DNA of 64,000 bases from Methanolinea sp. (GCA_033813295.1 JAPXRZ010000002.1:75803-139802), one strand, 5' to 3'; numbered from the stretch's first letter, positions 50,563 through 60,632 are shown. A program made the numbers and translations. The notes: generated by a model from the sequence alone, not told the origin.

Positions 50563-51924
50563 TCAACTGCTTTCGCCCATCATCCACTCATCTCCCAGCG
50601 CCTGCACAAGCAGCGTCTGGGTCAGTACCATCCGCTCGAGCTCGCCGAGGTCAACGCTCTCCTCCGGGCCGTGGGTGCGGGAATGCTCCATGTCCTCACA
50701 TCCCCAGAGCACGAACTCCGCACCGGGTACCGCCGCTGCCAGAACCTGAAGGAGCGGGATGGACCCGCCGGAGCCAATCTCCTGTACCGGGGTTCCGTAG
50801 GCGGCCTCCATGGCCCTGCGGGCCAGGGCATACCCCCGGCCTCCCTTCGGGCAGACGAAGCCGGCCGATGCCCGTACCCGGGTCACCTCCACCCCGGCGT
50901 GCCAGGGCACCTGGGCCTGCAGGAACTCCCTCAGCTTCTGCAGCTCCTGCTCCGGGTCGGCGCCCGGGGCGATGCGCATGCTTACCCGGGCGGTCGCTTC
51001 CGGGATGAGTATATTGACAGCTTCGCGGGTTGGTGGGGCATCTATCCCGATTACGGTGACCGAGGGCTTTGACCACAGGCGGGTGCTGATACTGCCGGTC
51101 CCGATGAGATCCACGCCCTCCTGCACCCCTGCAACCTCCCGGAAACGCTCCACCGGAAAGTCCTGCCCCTCCCAGGGATATGCGGCCAGGCCAGGGATGG
51201 CCACGTTGCCATCATCCTGGTGAAGGGCCGCCATCATGCGGATGAGAGCGACGAGCGCGTCGGGTGCCGGCCCCCCGAAGGTCCCCGAGTGGACCGCGTG
51301 CGCCAGGGTCCGGACGGTGACGAGGCAGGACACCTCCCCGCGGAGGGCGGTGTTTAAAGCCGGTTCACCGGCCGCGAGGCTTCCCAGGTCGCAGACGATA
51401 ATGAGGTCGCACTGGAACAGGTCCGGGTGATCCCGTATGAATTCATGGAGATGGCTGGTGGTCTCCTCCTCCCCCTCGATGACCACCCGCACCCCGATGG
51501 GGGGTCTGCCTCCGAAGACCTGCAGGGAGGCCGCATGGACGAGGATGCCGGATTTGTCATCTGCTGTTCCCCGCCCGTACAACCGCCCGTCCCGGACAGC
51601 AGGATCCCAGGGATCGCCCTGCCAGCCCTGGTCCTTACCGGCCGGCTGCACATCGTAGTGGGCATAGAGGAGCACCGACGGGGCGCCGGGAGGTGCCGGT
51701 ATCTCCGCATAGACAGCAGGGTATCCTCCGGGGACGTCCAGCAACCGGGCGTTTTCCACCCCGGAACGCTTCAGCAGGCCAACAGTCGCCTCTGCCATCT
51801 CCATCACCGGGGCCGGCGGGAACCCGGGGAACGCCACCGAGGGTATCCTGACAAGCCTTTTGAGGTCCTCCACGGCCCCGGGCATCAGTTCCCGGACTTT
51901 CCTGCGAATATCCTGCACGTTCAT
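50563..51924 (-). CDS. M20-family metallopeptidase (dipeptidase-like)
   Basis: Motifs YAHYDVQP, GRGTADDKSG and EGEEE. Confidence 0.9.
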   Translation of the reverse strand: MNVQDIRRKVRELMPGAVEDLKRLVRIPSVAFPGFPPAPVMEMAEATVGLLKRSGVENARLLDVPGGYPAVYAEIPAPPGAPSVLLYAHYDVQPAGKDQGWQGDPWDPAVRDGRLYGRGTADDKSGILVHAASLQVFGGRPPIGVRVVIEGEEETTSHLHEFIRDHPDLFQCDLIIVCDLGSLAAGEPALNTALRGEVSCLVTVRTLAHAVHSGTFGGPAPDALVALIRMMAALHQDDGNVAIPGLAAYPWEGQDFPVERFREVAGVQEGVDLIGTGSISTRLWSKPSVTVIGIDAPPTREAVNILIPEATARVSMRIAPGADPEQELQKLREFLQAQVPWHAGVEVTRVRASAGFVCPKGGRGYALARRAMEAAYGTPVQEIGSGGSIPLLQVLAAAVPGAEFVLWGCEDMEHSRTHGPEESVDLGELERMVLTQTLLVQALGDEWMMGESS

Positions 51925-52428
51925 GGGCGCATCTTCCGGGAATTTATACCCCTTCGGGGGATTTTATGCTGACGGTCGTCCGGCACGTGCACCGGGGAGC
52001 TGCACAGGGACACAAGAATACTGATGGTGCTGGGGATAATGAAAACTTTAGCTCCCGCCTGGGCACGAAACGTCCCGGCCAGGCCAGACCCCCCTGCAAT
52101 CACTCCGCTTTTCGATTGGGTTTTAGCATCTCTCCACGCTGCACTATGAACACCCTTATAGGTCCCGATATATTATGTTACCCGGAAAAATCGTATAAAG
52201 ATGATAAAATCCTCAGTATCTCCCACCATTCGGCCTGGACCCCTTGTCCAGGCTGGCCTGTCTCAAAGAACACGCAAAAAGAGGCAAACGCCAGATCCTG
52301 CACCTGGCCAGGGAATCCTTTGGGGAGCACCTGGCGATTCCCCTCCTCGTGGTCAGGAAGTTTCCCGAATTCCGATGCCCTGGTCCTTCATCCTGCTGTT
52401 CAATCCCTCGGGCGAGGCAGATTCCCTC

Positions 52429-53013
52429 CTACACCCCAAGACCCTGCAGGAAGAGCTGGTGGAGCCGGGTATCCGGCCCGAGCTCGGGATGGAACGCGAG
52501 GGCCAGGTGCTTCCCCTTTCTGACAGCGACGATCCCGGCATCGATACGGGCCAGCTCGGAAGAACCGTTCCTGCAGGCGGTGGCAACCGGGGCCCGGATG
52601 AAGACCGCGTGGAATGGCGCCTCAAGGCCCCTGACCGGGATATCTGCCTCGAAAGACTCCTTCTGGCGCCCGAAGGCGTTCCGCACGACGGTCATCCCCA
52701 TGAGCCCGAGGGTATGTACCCGCGGGTCGTCGACCCGGTCCGCCATCAGCACCATGCCCGCACAGGTGGCAAAGATGCCCCCCTTAAAAGTGGCCAACGT
52801 TTCGTAGAACCCGTTTTTCTGAATAAGGCGGGATATAGCGGTAGATTCCCCGCCAGGAATGGCCAGGCCGTCCAGGCCGGAGAGGTCCGGGGGGCTCCGT
52901 ACTGCCATGACCTTCCCCTCCGTGATGCCCATTGCCGAGAGCGCCCGCTCGAATGCCTGCAGGTGCTCGCTCACGTCCCCCTGCAGGGCCAGCACGCCCA
53001 GCTTAACGGCCAC
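52429..53013 (-). CDS. pdxT: pyridoxal 5'-phosphate synthase glutaminase subunit
   Basis: Motifs [17 protein letters not shown] (catalytic Cys) and FHPE. GTG start overlaps the pdxS 3' end. Confidence 0.9.
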   Translation of the reverse strand: MAVKLGVLALQGDVSEHLQAFERALSAMGITEGKVMAVRSPPDLSGLDGLAIPGGESTAISRLIQKNGFYETLATFKGGIFATCAGMVLMADRVDDPRVHTLGLMGMTVVRNAFGRQKESFEADIPVRGLEAPFHAVFIRAPVATACRNGSSELARIDAGIVAVRKGKHLALAFHPELGPDTRLHQLFLQGLGV

Positions 53014-53899
53014 GGGTCTGGAGCACCTCGTCCTCGCGGAGGGTGTGGATGTCGATCCCCCTCATGGGCTCGCCCAGGCGCTTGCTCACCCCGGCGATCA
53101 CCTTCGGCTCGTCGAAGTGGTTGACCGCTTCCACGATTGCCCGCGCCATCTTCTCGGGGTCGCTCGAGAGGAAGATCCCGGACCCCACGAAGACCCCGTC
53201 GGCCCCCATCTGCATCATCATGGCCGCGTCTGACGGCGTGGCGATACCCCCGGCAGAGAAGTTCACCACCGGGAGCCTTCCCATCTTCACGGTCTCTGCC
53301 AGGAGCTCAGGGGGGGCTTCCAGCTCCCTGGCCCGTGCGACTATTTCCTGGGGGCTCCTCCCCTGCAGGGCCCGGATCTCTCCCATGATGGCGTGCATGT
53401 GCCGGACCGCCTCCACCACGTTCCCGGTCCCGGCCTCACCCTTGGTCCGGATCATTGCCGCTCCCTCGTGGATGCGGCGCAGGGCTTCTCCCAGGTCGCG
53501 GGCACCGCACACGAAGGGGACCGTGAACCTGGTCTTGTCGATGTGGTATTGCTCGTCGGCGGGGGTGAGCACCTCGCTCTCGTCAATCATGTCCACGCCG
53601 AGCGACTCAAGCACCTGGGCCTCCACGAAATGCCCGATCCGCACCTTGGCCATGACCGGGATGGAGACTGCCTCCATGATCTCCAGGACGATTGCCGGGT
53701 CTGCCATCCTGGCGACACCGCCCGCCTTCCGGATATCGGCCGGGACCCGCTCGAGGGCCATCACCGCGACGGCGCCGGCACTCTCAGCGATTGCGGCCTG
53801 GTCTGCATTGACCACGTCCATAATCACGCCCCCTTTCTGCATGGAGGCAAAGCCGCGCTTCAGGAGCTCGGTACCGAATCTCAGTTCCTCGAGTTTCAT
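53003..53899 (-). CDS. pdxS: pyridoxal 5'-phosphate synthase lyase subunit
   Basis: Motifs [31 protein letters not shown] and FVGSGIF. Confidence 0.95.
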   Translation of the reverse strand: MKLEELRFGTELLKRGFASMQKGGVIMDVVNADQAAIAESAGAVAVMALERVPADIRKAGGVARMADPAIVLEIMEAVSIPVMAKVRIGHFVEAQVLESLGVDMIDESEVLTPADEQYHIDKTRFTVPFVCGARDLGEALRRIHEGAAMIRTKGEAGTGNVVEAVRHMHAIMGEIRALQGRSPQEIVARARELEAPPELLAETVKMGRLPVVNFSAGGIATPSDAAMMMQMGADGVFVGSGIFLSSDPEKMARAIVEAVNHFDEPKVIAGVSKRLGEPMRGIDIHTLREDEVLQTRGR

Positions 53900-53903
53900 A
53901 TGC

Positions 53904-54824
53904 TTATATTACTGGGATGAACAGGGCCAAAAACATTATTACCATCAGCACTGTTGCAAGGAGGGCGGTCACCATCCGGACGGCCGCGATGATATCGGGG
54001 CCTGCCTCCCGGAGCGTGCGCTCTCCTGGCCCGATAGTGTAGACACCCGGTTTCTCGAACCGGGCCCCCGTTCCGCCGGCCATCACCGCGATGACAAGGC
54101 CGCCATTGAACCCCGGCCTCCGGTGGCCATCCTCCTGCAGGCACCGCCAGGCCGGCCCAAACCTCCCTCTGGCAGCAAAATAGCAGAGGAGCAGCCCGGC
54201 GGTGATCCGGGCCGGGATGAAGTTCAGGACATCGTCGGCCCGGGCGGAGAACCAGCCAAGGCGGGCCCGCTCGTCCCGGTACCCGAGCATCGCATCCATG
54301 GTGTTGGCAGCACGGAACGCTGCCGCACCTGCGAGTCCGAAGGCAGCATAGAAACAGAGGGGGGAGGCGATGCTGTCCACCAGGTTCTCGGTCACCGATT
54401 CGTACGCGCCCGATAGGACCTGCTCCCCCGTGAGCCGGGAGGTATCACGGCTTACCAGCAGGGAGACCATCTCCCTGCCACGATCCACCCCCTCATCCAG
54501 CGCCTGCACGGCGGCCCCGGCATGCTCCTCCAGGGAGCGCCATGCAAGGCAGCTCTTCAGGAGGAGGGGGCCTGCCACGAGCAGGACAGGAGGAGGAAGG
54601 AGCATGTCTGCTGCAAGGAAGGGGAGGGAGAAGAGTACGACGGTTGCTACCCACCCGATCACCCCGGCCGTACGCTGAACCTGTGAATTATACCGTCCAG
54701 GCCGTCCCCACCAGCCGATGAACCGTCCCAGGAGGGCAACCGGGTGGTACCGGCTCCTGGGGTCTCCCACCACCCGGTCGACCAGCAGAGAGAGGGGGAG
54801 GATGAGGACCCTGGTCCAGAGCAT
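53904..54824 (-). CDS. cobD: adenosylcobinamide-phosphate synthase CobD/CbiB
   Basis: Membrane protein with [16 protein letters not shown] at the N-terminus and the NTMDAMLGY motif. Confidence 0.9.
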   Translation of the reverse strand: MLWTRVLILPLSLLVDRVVGDPRSRYHPVALLGRFIGWWGRPGRYNSQVQRTAGVIGWVATVVLFSLPFLAADMLLPPPVLLVAGPLLLKSCLAWRSLEEHAGAAVQALDEGVDRGREMVSLLVSRDTSRLTGEQVLSGAYESVTENLVDSIASPLCFYAAFGLAGAAAFRAANTMDAMLGYRDERARLGWFSARADDVLNFIPARITAGLLLCYFAARGRFGPAWRCLQEDGHRRPGFNGGLVIAVMAGGTGARFEKPGVYTIGPGERTLREAGPDIIAAVRMVTALLATVLMVIMFLALFIPVI

Positions 54825-54886
54825 GAGTTATGCACCCGGTACGATGGTATGAATGCTTGCGGTGAAAAAAAGAATGGAACGATATT

Positions 54887-55069
54887 TCATTCGGTCCCGG
54901 TTGGGGGGAGGAGGTCAGGGATCCCCTCCTCGATTGGATAATCCACCCTGCAGGCTGCGCAGGTGAGTTTCCCCTCGAGGATCTCCACCTCGTTCTCGCT
55001 GGTGACCGTGAGGGTGAGATCCCCCTTGCAGACCGGGCAGCAGAGGATGGGGAGGATGGCCCGCTTCAT
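54887..55069 (-). CDS. Trm112-family small zinc-ribbon protein
   Basis: MKRAILPILCCPVCKGDLTL...LTCAACRVDYPIEEGIPDLL (two CxxC pairs). Start ATG 55069 is preceded by GGAGGCAGT. Confidence 0.85.
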   Translation of the reverse strand: MKRAILPILCCPVCKGDLTLTVTSENEVEILEGKLTCAACRVDYPIEEGIPDLLPPTGTE

Positions 55070-55240
55070 ACTGCCTCCGGTATATCGATAATCCGGAAAA
55101 CCTCCGGGAAGAAGAGGATGCGGCGGATGGCCCGCTTCATACTGCCTCCAGTATATCGATGATCCGGGAATCCTCCAGGCAGCAGAGGATTGGCTCTCAT
55201 ACCTCATCCCGTATATCAATAATCTGGGAGACGTCCGGGC
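55036..55240. repeat. three tandem ~70-bp units spanning the purA 3' end, the intergenic spacer and the trm112 5' end
   Basis: Units start near 55037, 55107 and 55178 (periods 70 and 71 bp). The shared core is ggc/aag-c/aagaggat...cccgcttcatactgcctcc-g/a-gtatatcgat-a/g-atccggg. Confidence 0.85.
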
Positions 55241-56207
55241 CGGTGGAGATGAGGGTGACGGGGTGACCGATATCCTCTTCGGCCTGCTGGAGGAAGTCTT
55301 TTGCCTTCCTGGTAAGCTTGCCGTACTCGGTAATCCCGGCGCAGGCTGGGTCGATGCGGTCAATCCCGGTGATGGCCGCCTGGGTGCACCCGTTCACCAT
55401 GGCCGAATACCGGGCCATGCTCCCGTCCCATCTCCCGATGCGGCGCTGCCGGTGGGTAACGGTCCCGAATTCCTGGATACCCATCTCATCCGAGACAGCC
55501 CGGTCCAGCTCGGTGGAGAACGGGCCTTCCCCGACCCTGGTCGGATAGGCCTTGAAGACCACGATCACATCATCCACCCTGGTGGGGCCCACCCCGTTGT
55601 CCGCTGCAATCTGCGAGGCCGAGGTGTCCTTGCTGGTCACGAACGGGTATGTCCCGTAGTAGAGGGAGATCCCGAACCCCTGGGTTCCTTCCAGGAGGAC
55701 GTTATTCCCCCTGTCCAGGGCGCTGTTGATCTCTCTTGGCACGTCTGCCAGGTACGGGGCCAGTTCCGGGACATCCCTGGCCAGCCTGGCCACCCGCATC
55801 ACCCGGTCTGCATTGGCCGGCCCGCACCCGCTCCCCGTGCTCCCGATGGTCTTGGCAAGGTGCTCGCTCCCCTTGTCCCGCTGGATGTGCGACTCCTCGA
55901 TCACGGCGCAGCGGGAGTCCACGAAGACCCGATCCCTGACCTGGAGAAGATCCACCTCGTTCCGGAGTACCCGGGGATCCACCAGCACCCCGGTCCCGAT
56001 CATCAGCCGGGCTTTCGGGTAAACAAAGCCCGAGGGGACCATGCGCACGCCGAACTCCTTATCCCCTATCTTCACCGTATGGCCGGCGTTGGGGCCCACT
56101 CCTCCCCGGGATATGATGGATGGGTGGTCTGCGAATGCGATGTGGGCCACCACCTTTCCCTTCCCTTCATCCCCGAAGAAACCGCCGACGATGATGGTGC
56201 AGCTCAT
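55197..56207 (-). CDS. purA: adenylosuccinate synthetase (short archaeal form)
   Basis: Motifs GGFFGDEGKGKV (P-loop), GPNAGHTV, GSTGSGCGP and TGPD. Confidence 0.9.
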   Translation of the reverse strand: MSCTIIVGGFFGDEGKGKVVAHIAFADHPSIISRGGVGPNAGHTVKIGDKEFGVRMVPSGFVYPKARLMIGTGVLVDPRVLRNEVDLLQVRDRVFVDSRCAVIEESHIQRDKGSEHLAKTIGSTGSGCGPANADRVMRVARLARDVPELAPYLADVPREINSALDRGNNVLLEGTQGFGISLYYGTYPFVTSKDTSASQIAADNGVGPTRVDDVIVVFKAYPTRVGEGPFSTELDRAVSDEMGIQEFGTVTHRQRRIGRWDGSMARYSAMVNGCTQAAITGIDRIDPACAGITEYGKLTRKAKDFLQQAEEDIGHPVTLISTGPDVSQIIDIRDEV

Positions 56208-56754
56208 GGTACAACCACCTACTATAGATCAGGGAATGCCATAAAACCCTACTGGTTAAACCAGGCGTTGACCCTCGATTCATCCTGCAGGAGGAATACG
56301 CCCATTCCTTTCTGGTTCTCCATGGTTATCCGGGTGCGAAAGGGAACCCTGTTACATGCGCGGCCATTTGTGCCGGAATGGGGAGAATGGGAGGCGTTCA
56401 GGCATCGCAGCTATCTCCGCTCAAGAGGGAGAACCGGTCTTTGTCATCGTTCCCTCTCATGGTGCCGCGCCAGGGAGGTCTTAGTAAGGGGATTTTTCAT
56501 GGCGTCCGGATGGCTACACCCAGGTAAACGAAAATCCCGGCGACATCCTTTCCGGGTGCCCTCCAGGGCAGCCGAATATCCAGGGGCGGCAGGCCCCGTA
56601 AGCCGTACTTCTGAAATACCCCCATGGTAATGGGTGGAATCATTCACTTTAGTCCGGGCCTCAGATCTGCGATAGAGAAAAATCACATAATTCCTTTCGG
56701 AACACAAGCATACATGATGAAAATGCCGGATGCATTTTCATATAAAAAAAGTGA

Positions 56755-57921
56755 CTATCGGGCGTGGCGGGCGATGAACTGCTCTATGCGCCGCACTGCT
56801 TCGGCCAGGTTCTTCCGGGAGACCGCATAGGCGCACCGGAGGTGGTCCCTTCCGCCTGCGCCGAAGACACTCCCTGGGACGACGGCCACGTGCTCCTCCT
56901 TGAGAAGCTGTTCGGCGAACTCCTGATCCGAGAGCCCGGTATTTTCCACCGATGGGAATGCATAGAACGCCCCCTCGGGGAGGTGGCATGTCAGGCCGAT
57001 GCGGTTGAGATTGTCCACGAAGAGGTTGCGCCGTACCCGGTACTCCCGGACCATGCGGTTCTTCTCCTCTTCTCCCCGGCGGATGCCTTCCATGGCCGCT
57101 ACCTGGCCCATGACCGGGGCGCACAGCATCACGTACTGGTGGATCTTCAGGGCAGCGTCGCAGACCTCCTTCGGGGCACAGAGGTAACCGATCCTCCACC
57201 CGGTCATGGCATAGGCCTTGGAAAAGCCGTTCAAGGTGATGGTGCGCTCCCAGAGGTCCCCCACCGTGGCAGCAGCGGTGTGGGAATCCCCTTCATACGT
57301 GAGCTCCGCATAGACCTCATCGCTGATTAAGATGAGGTCATGGTCGCAGATGATATCCCCGATGGCCCGGATATCCTCCCTGCGCATGACACCTCCCGTC
57401 GGGTTGTTGGGGAAGTTTATCACCAGCGCTTTGCTCTTCCCGGTGATCTTCTCCATCAGGCGATCAGGGTTCAGCCGGAAATGGTCCTTCTCCACGCAGG
57501 GGACCGGGACCGGGGTGCCGCCCGTAAGGGTCACGCACGGCGGGTAGGAGACGTAGCAGGGCTCGGCTACCAGAACCTCATCACCAGGGTCCACCACAGC
57601 CCGGATAGCGATGTCCAGCCCTTCGGATACCCCCGTGGTGATGATCATCTCCTGGTCAGGGTCGTAGGAGAGCTTGTAGTGCTCGCGCAGGTACCTGGAT
57701 AGGATATCCCGCAGGGGCTGCAGGCCCCGGTTGGAGGTGTACGAGGTCCCTCCCTGCTCGATAGAGTAGATGCTGGCCTCGCAGAGGTTCCAGGGCGTAG
57801 AAAAGTCCGGTTCACCCACCCCAAGGGAGATAACGTCTTCGATTGCGAGCGCAAGATCAAAGAACTTGCGAATCCCGGACGGGGGAATAACCCGGGCCCG
57901 CTGGGAGACAAAATCCCGCAT
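56755..57921 (-). CDS. class I/II pyridoxal-phosphate aminotransferase
   Basis: Motifs PSGIRKFFDL, NFPNNPTG, SDEVY and [17 protein letters not shown] 57921 preferred over the track's GTG 57933. Confidence 0.9.
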   Translation of the reverse strand: MRDFVSQRARVIPPSGIRKFFDLALAIEDVISLGVGEPDFSTPWNLCEASIYSIEQGGTSYTSNRGLQPLRDILSRYLREHYKLSYDPDQEMIITTGVSEGLDIAIRAVVDPGDEVLVAEPCYVSYPPCVTLTGGTPVPVPCVEKDHFRLNPDRLMEKITGKSKALVINFPNNPTGGVMRREDIRAIGDIICDHDLILISDEVYAELTYEGDSHTAAATVGDLWERTITLNGFSKAYAMTGWRIGYLCAPKEVCDAALKIHQYVMLCAPVMGQVAAMEGIRRGEEEKNRMVREYRVRRNLFVDNLNRIGLTCHLPEGAFYAFPSVENTGLSDQEFAEQLLKEEHVAVVPGSVFGAGGRDHLRCAYAVSRKNLAEAVRRIEQFIARHAR

Positions 57922-57929
57922 GCTCTGCC

Positions 57930-58421
57930 TCACAGGGAGTAAGGTATACGTTCACCGCCTTCTTTCTCGCAGAAGGTGTGGCCATTCTCCTTGTAGGTCT
58001 TCATGACGATGTGGGTTGCCGTCTCCCGGATCCGGTCCATCGGCGCAATGGATTCCGAGACGAACCTGGCTACCTCCTGCATGTTCCGGCCGGTAACCAT
58101 GAGCTGCAGGTCATAGGTCCCGGTGATGAGGCGGAGGGAGCGGACCTGCCTGAACCTGGCGATCCGCTCGGCAATCCGGTCATATCCATAGTCCCGCTCG
58201 GGGTTGACCTTGAGCTCGATGATACCTGCGACCTCCCCGTTTTCTGCTTTTTCCCAATCGATGACGGTGGTGTAGCTGCGGATCACCCCGGCCGCTTCCA
58301 GGGCATTGATCCGGGATTCGATCTCATCGGGCGGGAGCTGTACCATGGCCGCAAGCTCGCTGGTGGCCAGGCGGCTGTTCTCCTCCATGAGCTGCAGGAG
58401 GAGGAGGTCTTTTTCATCCAT
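57930..58421 (-). CDS. Lrp/AsnC-family transcriptional regulator
   Basis: N-terminal HTH (LLQLMEENSRLATSELAAMVQLPPDEIESRINALEAAGVI) and a C-terminal RAM-like domain. Confidence 0.9.
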   Translation of the reverse strand: MDEKDLLLLQLMEENSRLATSELAAMVQLPPDEIESRINALEAAGVIRSYTTVIDWEKAENGEVAGIIELKVNPERDYGYDRIAERIARFRQVRSLRLITGTYDLQLMVTGRNMQEVARFVSESIAPMDRIRETATHIVMKTYKENGHTFCEKEGGERIPYSL

Positions 58422-58430
58422 AGGTTCTTC

Positions 58431-59714
58431 TCACCTGAAGAGGGTCTTCACCCAGCTGAGATCCCGCTCGGCCAACCCATGGGCGCTTAAACGGGGATCG
58501 CTGGTGATGACGTCCCATATCTTCTGGTTATGAATATCAAACCACATCTCTTTAGTCCTCCCGTAGCGCCCCCGGCTGACCACCCTGGTGTTTATCACGC
58601 CGAGCATGTTCAGTTCAGAGATGAGGTCGGTGATCCGCCGGTGCGTCAGCACATCCAGGTCCAGCGCGGGGGCGATCTCCTTGTATATACGGCTCACCTC
58701 ACCGCTGGTGAAGATGGTCTGGCCCATCTGGTCCAGGAGGAGCATAGAATAGAGAACAACCTTGGACTGCGTGGGGAGTGTGGCGATGCACTCGATCATC
58801 GAGTCGGCCTCGATCTTGGCCTGCGCCATCTTCACATGCTGTTCTCCGACCCGCGGGTTCTCTTCCCGGTCGGCAATCTCCCCTGAAACCCGCAGAAGGT
58901 CCAGTGCGCGCCTGGCGTCCCCATGCTCCTGAGCGGCAAGCGCAGCGCAGAGGGGGATTACCCCGTCATCGAGCGCATTATCCACGAAGGCCATATCCGC
59001 CCGTTGCTGGAGGATATCAACGAGCTGCGGGGCATTATAGGGCGGAAACACGAGTTCCTCTTCGGAGAGAGAGGAGAGAACTCTCGGGTCGAGGAAGTCC
59101 TTGAAGGAGAGATCATTGGAAATCCCTATCATGCTGACCTTGGACTTCTTCAGATCGGTATTGATGCGGGTAAGGTTGTACAGGGTCTCGTCACCGCTTT
59201 TCTTGACCAGCTTGTCAATTTCGTCCAGCACTATGATAAGGACACCCTGCATGGCCTCAAGCTGGTTTTTCAGTTCCTGGTAGACCTGATCGGTGGGCCA
59301 CCCGGTCATGGGAATGTGGGTCCGCGTCTTGTCACTGGCTAATTCGTCCTCTCCTATGAGGGTTTTTGATATCTGGGCCAGGACACGGTACTGGGTATCA
59401 ATCACCTCGCAGTTGAGGTGAACCACGCGGCACACGGTCCCCATGTGGGTGCCGGCGTTTTCCAGCTCAGCTCCAACGTAACGCACGCATGCGGTCTTTC
59501 CGGTCCCGGTCTTTCCATAAATAAGGATATTGGACGGGGTCTCGTTTCGGAGTGACGGAGCCAGGATCGCGGCCACCTGATCGATCTGGGGGCGCCGGTG
59601 CGGGAGAATCTGGGGCCTGTACGAGTGCCTCAGCACTTCGCGGTTTTTGAAGATATGGTTAGTTGCCAGGTATTTCTTAAATAATCCAAGCGATGCATTC
59701 TGGTCTTCTGACAT
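58431..59714 (-). CDS. cdc6: Orc1/Cdc6 replication initiator
   Basis: Walker A YGKTGTGKT, Walker B VLDEID, sensor regions and a C-terminal winged helix. Start trimmed to ATG 59714 (MSEDQNASL). Adjacent to the ORB-containing AT-rich region. Confidence 0.9.
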   Translation of the reverse strand: MSEDQNASLGLFKKYLATNHIFKNREVLRHSYRPQILPHRRPQIDQVAAILAPSLRNETPSNILIYGKTGTGKTACVRYVGAELENAGTHMGTVCRVVHLNCEVIDTQYRVLAQISKTLIGEDELASDKTRTHIPMTGWPTDQVYQELKNQLEAMQGVLIIVLDEIDKLVKKSGDETLYNLTRINTDLKKSKVSMIGISNDLSFKDFLDPRVLSSLSEEELVFPPYNAPQLVDILQQRADMAFVDNALDDGVIPLCAALAAQEHGDARRALDLLRVSGEIADREENPRVGEQHVKMAQAKIEADSMIECIATLPTQSKVVLYSMLLLDQMGQTIFTSGEVSRIYKEIAPALDLDVLTHRRITDLISELNMLGVINTRVVSRGRYGRTKEMWFDIHNQKIWDVITSDPRLSAHGLAERDLSWVKTLFR

Positions 59715-59782
59715 TGTTCCCCCTGGGGATGATAATTCAGAGGACCCAAGTAAAAAAGTAGTCGGTTTCATTCCCATATAAA

Positions 59783-59801
59783 CCCCCTCATTTCCACTCG
59801 A
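59783..59801 (-). promoter_or_regulatory. ORB-like element 1
   Basis: The reverse complement reads TCGAGTGGAAATGAGGGGG (GTGGAAA core plus G-string). Confidence 0.55.
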
Positions 59802-59906
59802 CTCTCAATATTATGAATCTAATTGGACAATTGGAGTATTTAATGGAGATATTATGGAGACTTGAAATACCGTGCTTTCCAGAGGAGGTTTTTGTTTTGG
59901 GACTGT

Positions 59907-59934
59907 CCCCCAACCCCTTTATTTCCACTGGAAC
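59907..59934 (-). promoter_or_regulatory. ORB element 2
   Basis: The reverse complement reads GTTCCAGTGGAAATAAAGGGGTTGGGGG, a TTCCAGTGGAAA dyad plus G-string. Confidence 0.75.
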
Positions 59935-60248
59935 TTAATTATGTGATGTATTTAGATTTAATAAAAAAAGAAAAGATGTATCCATTTTTAATTACTTTTT
60001 TCTCATATTTATGTGCATTGAAATGAATTTTGAATCGTAAATACATACAAGAAAATCAATGAGAGTCAACAAAGATCAAGAGATCAATAGATGGATACAT
60101 CAGGGATAGCAAGAGCAACAAATCAAGATATACCTGCTCTGAATCATGAAAGCAAAATAGACACTATATGTTTATAGGCAATACTTGCTTGTTATACCAG
60201 TGAATAACCAGATAAAACCAGGAAAAGAACCGTGGCAACAGATTGAAA

Positions 60249-60275
60249 GTTCCACAGGAAATAAAGGGGTTCGGG
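60249..60275 (+). promoter_or_regulatory. ORB element 3 (inverted relative to ORB 2)
   Basis: GTTCCACAGGAAATAAAGGGGTTCGGG is near-identical to the reverse complement of 59907-59934. Confidence 0.75.
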
Positions 60276-60426
60276 CTTTCCGGATGTAAAGGGGTATCTT
60301 TTACTTTACTTCCGGCAGGTGGATAAATATCAGGTGAATTTAGAAAAACGGTGAATATTCCATGGAAGGATGATTCATGGCCCCAGGCTGGAGAATCACC
60401 ATACACGAAGAGTGCATACTAGATTT

Positions 60427-60457
60427 TTAATGTACAGAATATTAATGTACAGAATAT
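60427..60457. repeat. perfect tandem duplication of a 15-bp unit TAATGTACAGAATAT
   Basis: The text ttaatgtacagaatattaatgtacagaatat was read directly. Each unit contains TGTACA. Confidence 0.8.
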
Positions 60458-60607
60458 AAGAACGCTCTCGAAACACCTCTCGAAGCAATACTATCTCCAT
60501 AGGAATTACATGGGAGTTGGATCATTCGACTCTGCCTTTGTTGTATTTCCTGGAACCACCATGATAGCAAGGATCCGAGGCATGGAATCTTCTGCTACTT
60601 TCAGCAT

Positions 60608-60632
60608 CTCCAGTAGAAATCAAAGGGTCCGG
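60608..60632 (+). promoter_or_regulatory. ORB-like element 4
   Basis: CTCCAGTAGAAATCAAAGGGTCCGG. Weaker dyad-only mini-ORBs sit at 60544-60556 (tatttcctggaac) and 60714-60732 (tttcatttcctatggaaac). Confidence 0.55.

Noticed and set aside
56598-56659. RNase P RNA-like motifs: cuuuaGUCCGGGC (56647-56659, plus strand, CR-I-like) and, on the minus strand, CAGAAGUACGGCUUAC (56598-56613, CR-IV/V-like).
   Set aside because: The two motifs are on opposite strands and only ~40 nt apart, in the wrong order for RNase P RNA. I could not find the other conserved regions or build a P4 pairing. I also found no convincing SRP RNA helix-8 motif.
60164-60406. An 80-aa minus-strand ORF inside the AT-rich origin region.
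   Set aside because: It spans ORB3 and part of the AT-rich unwinding region. It has no coding-type GC3 bias and no recognisable family.
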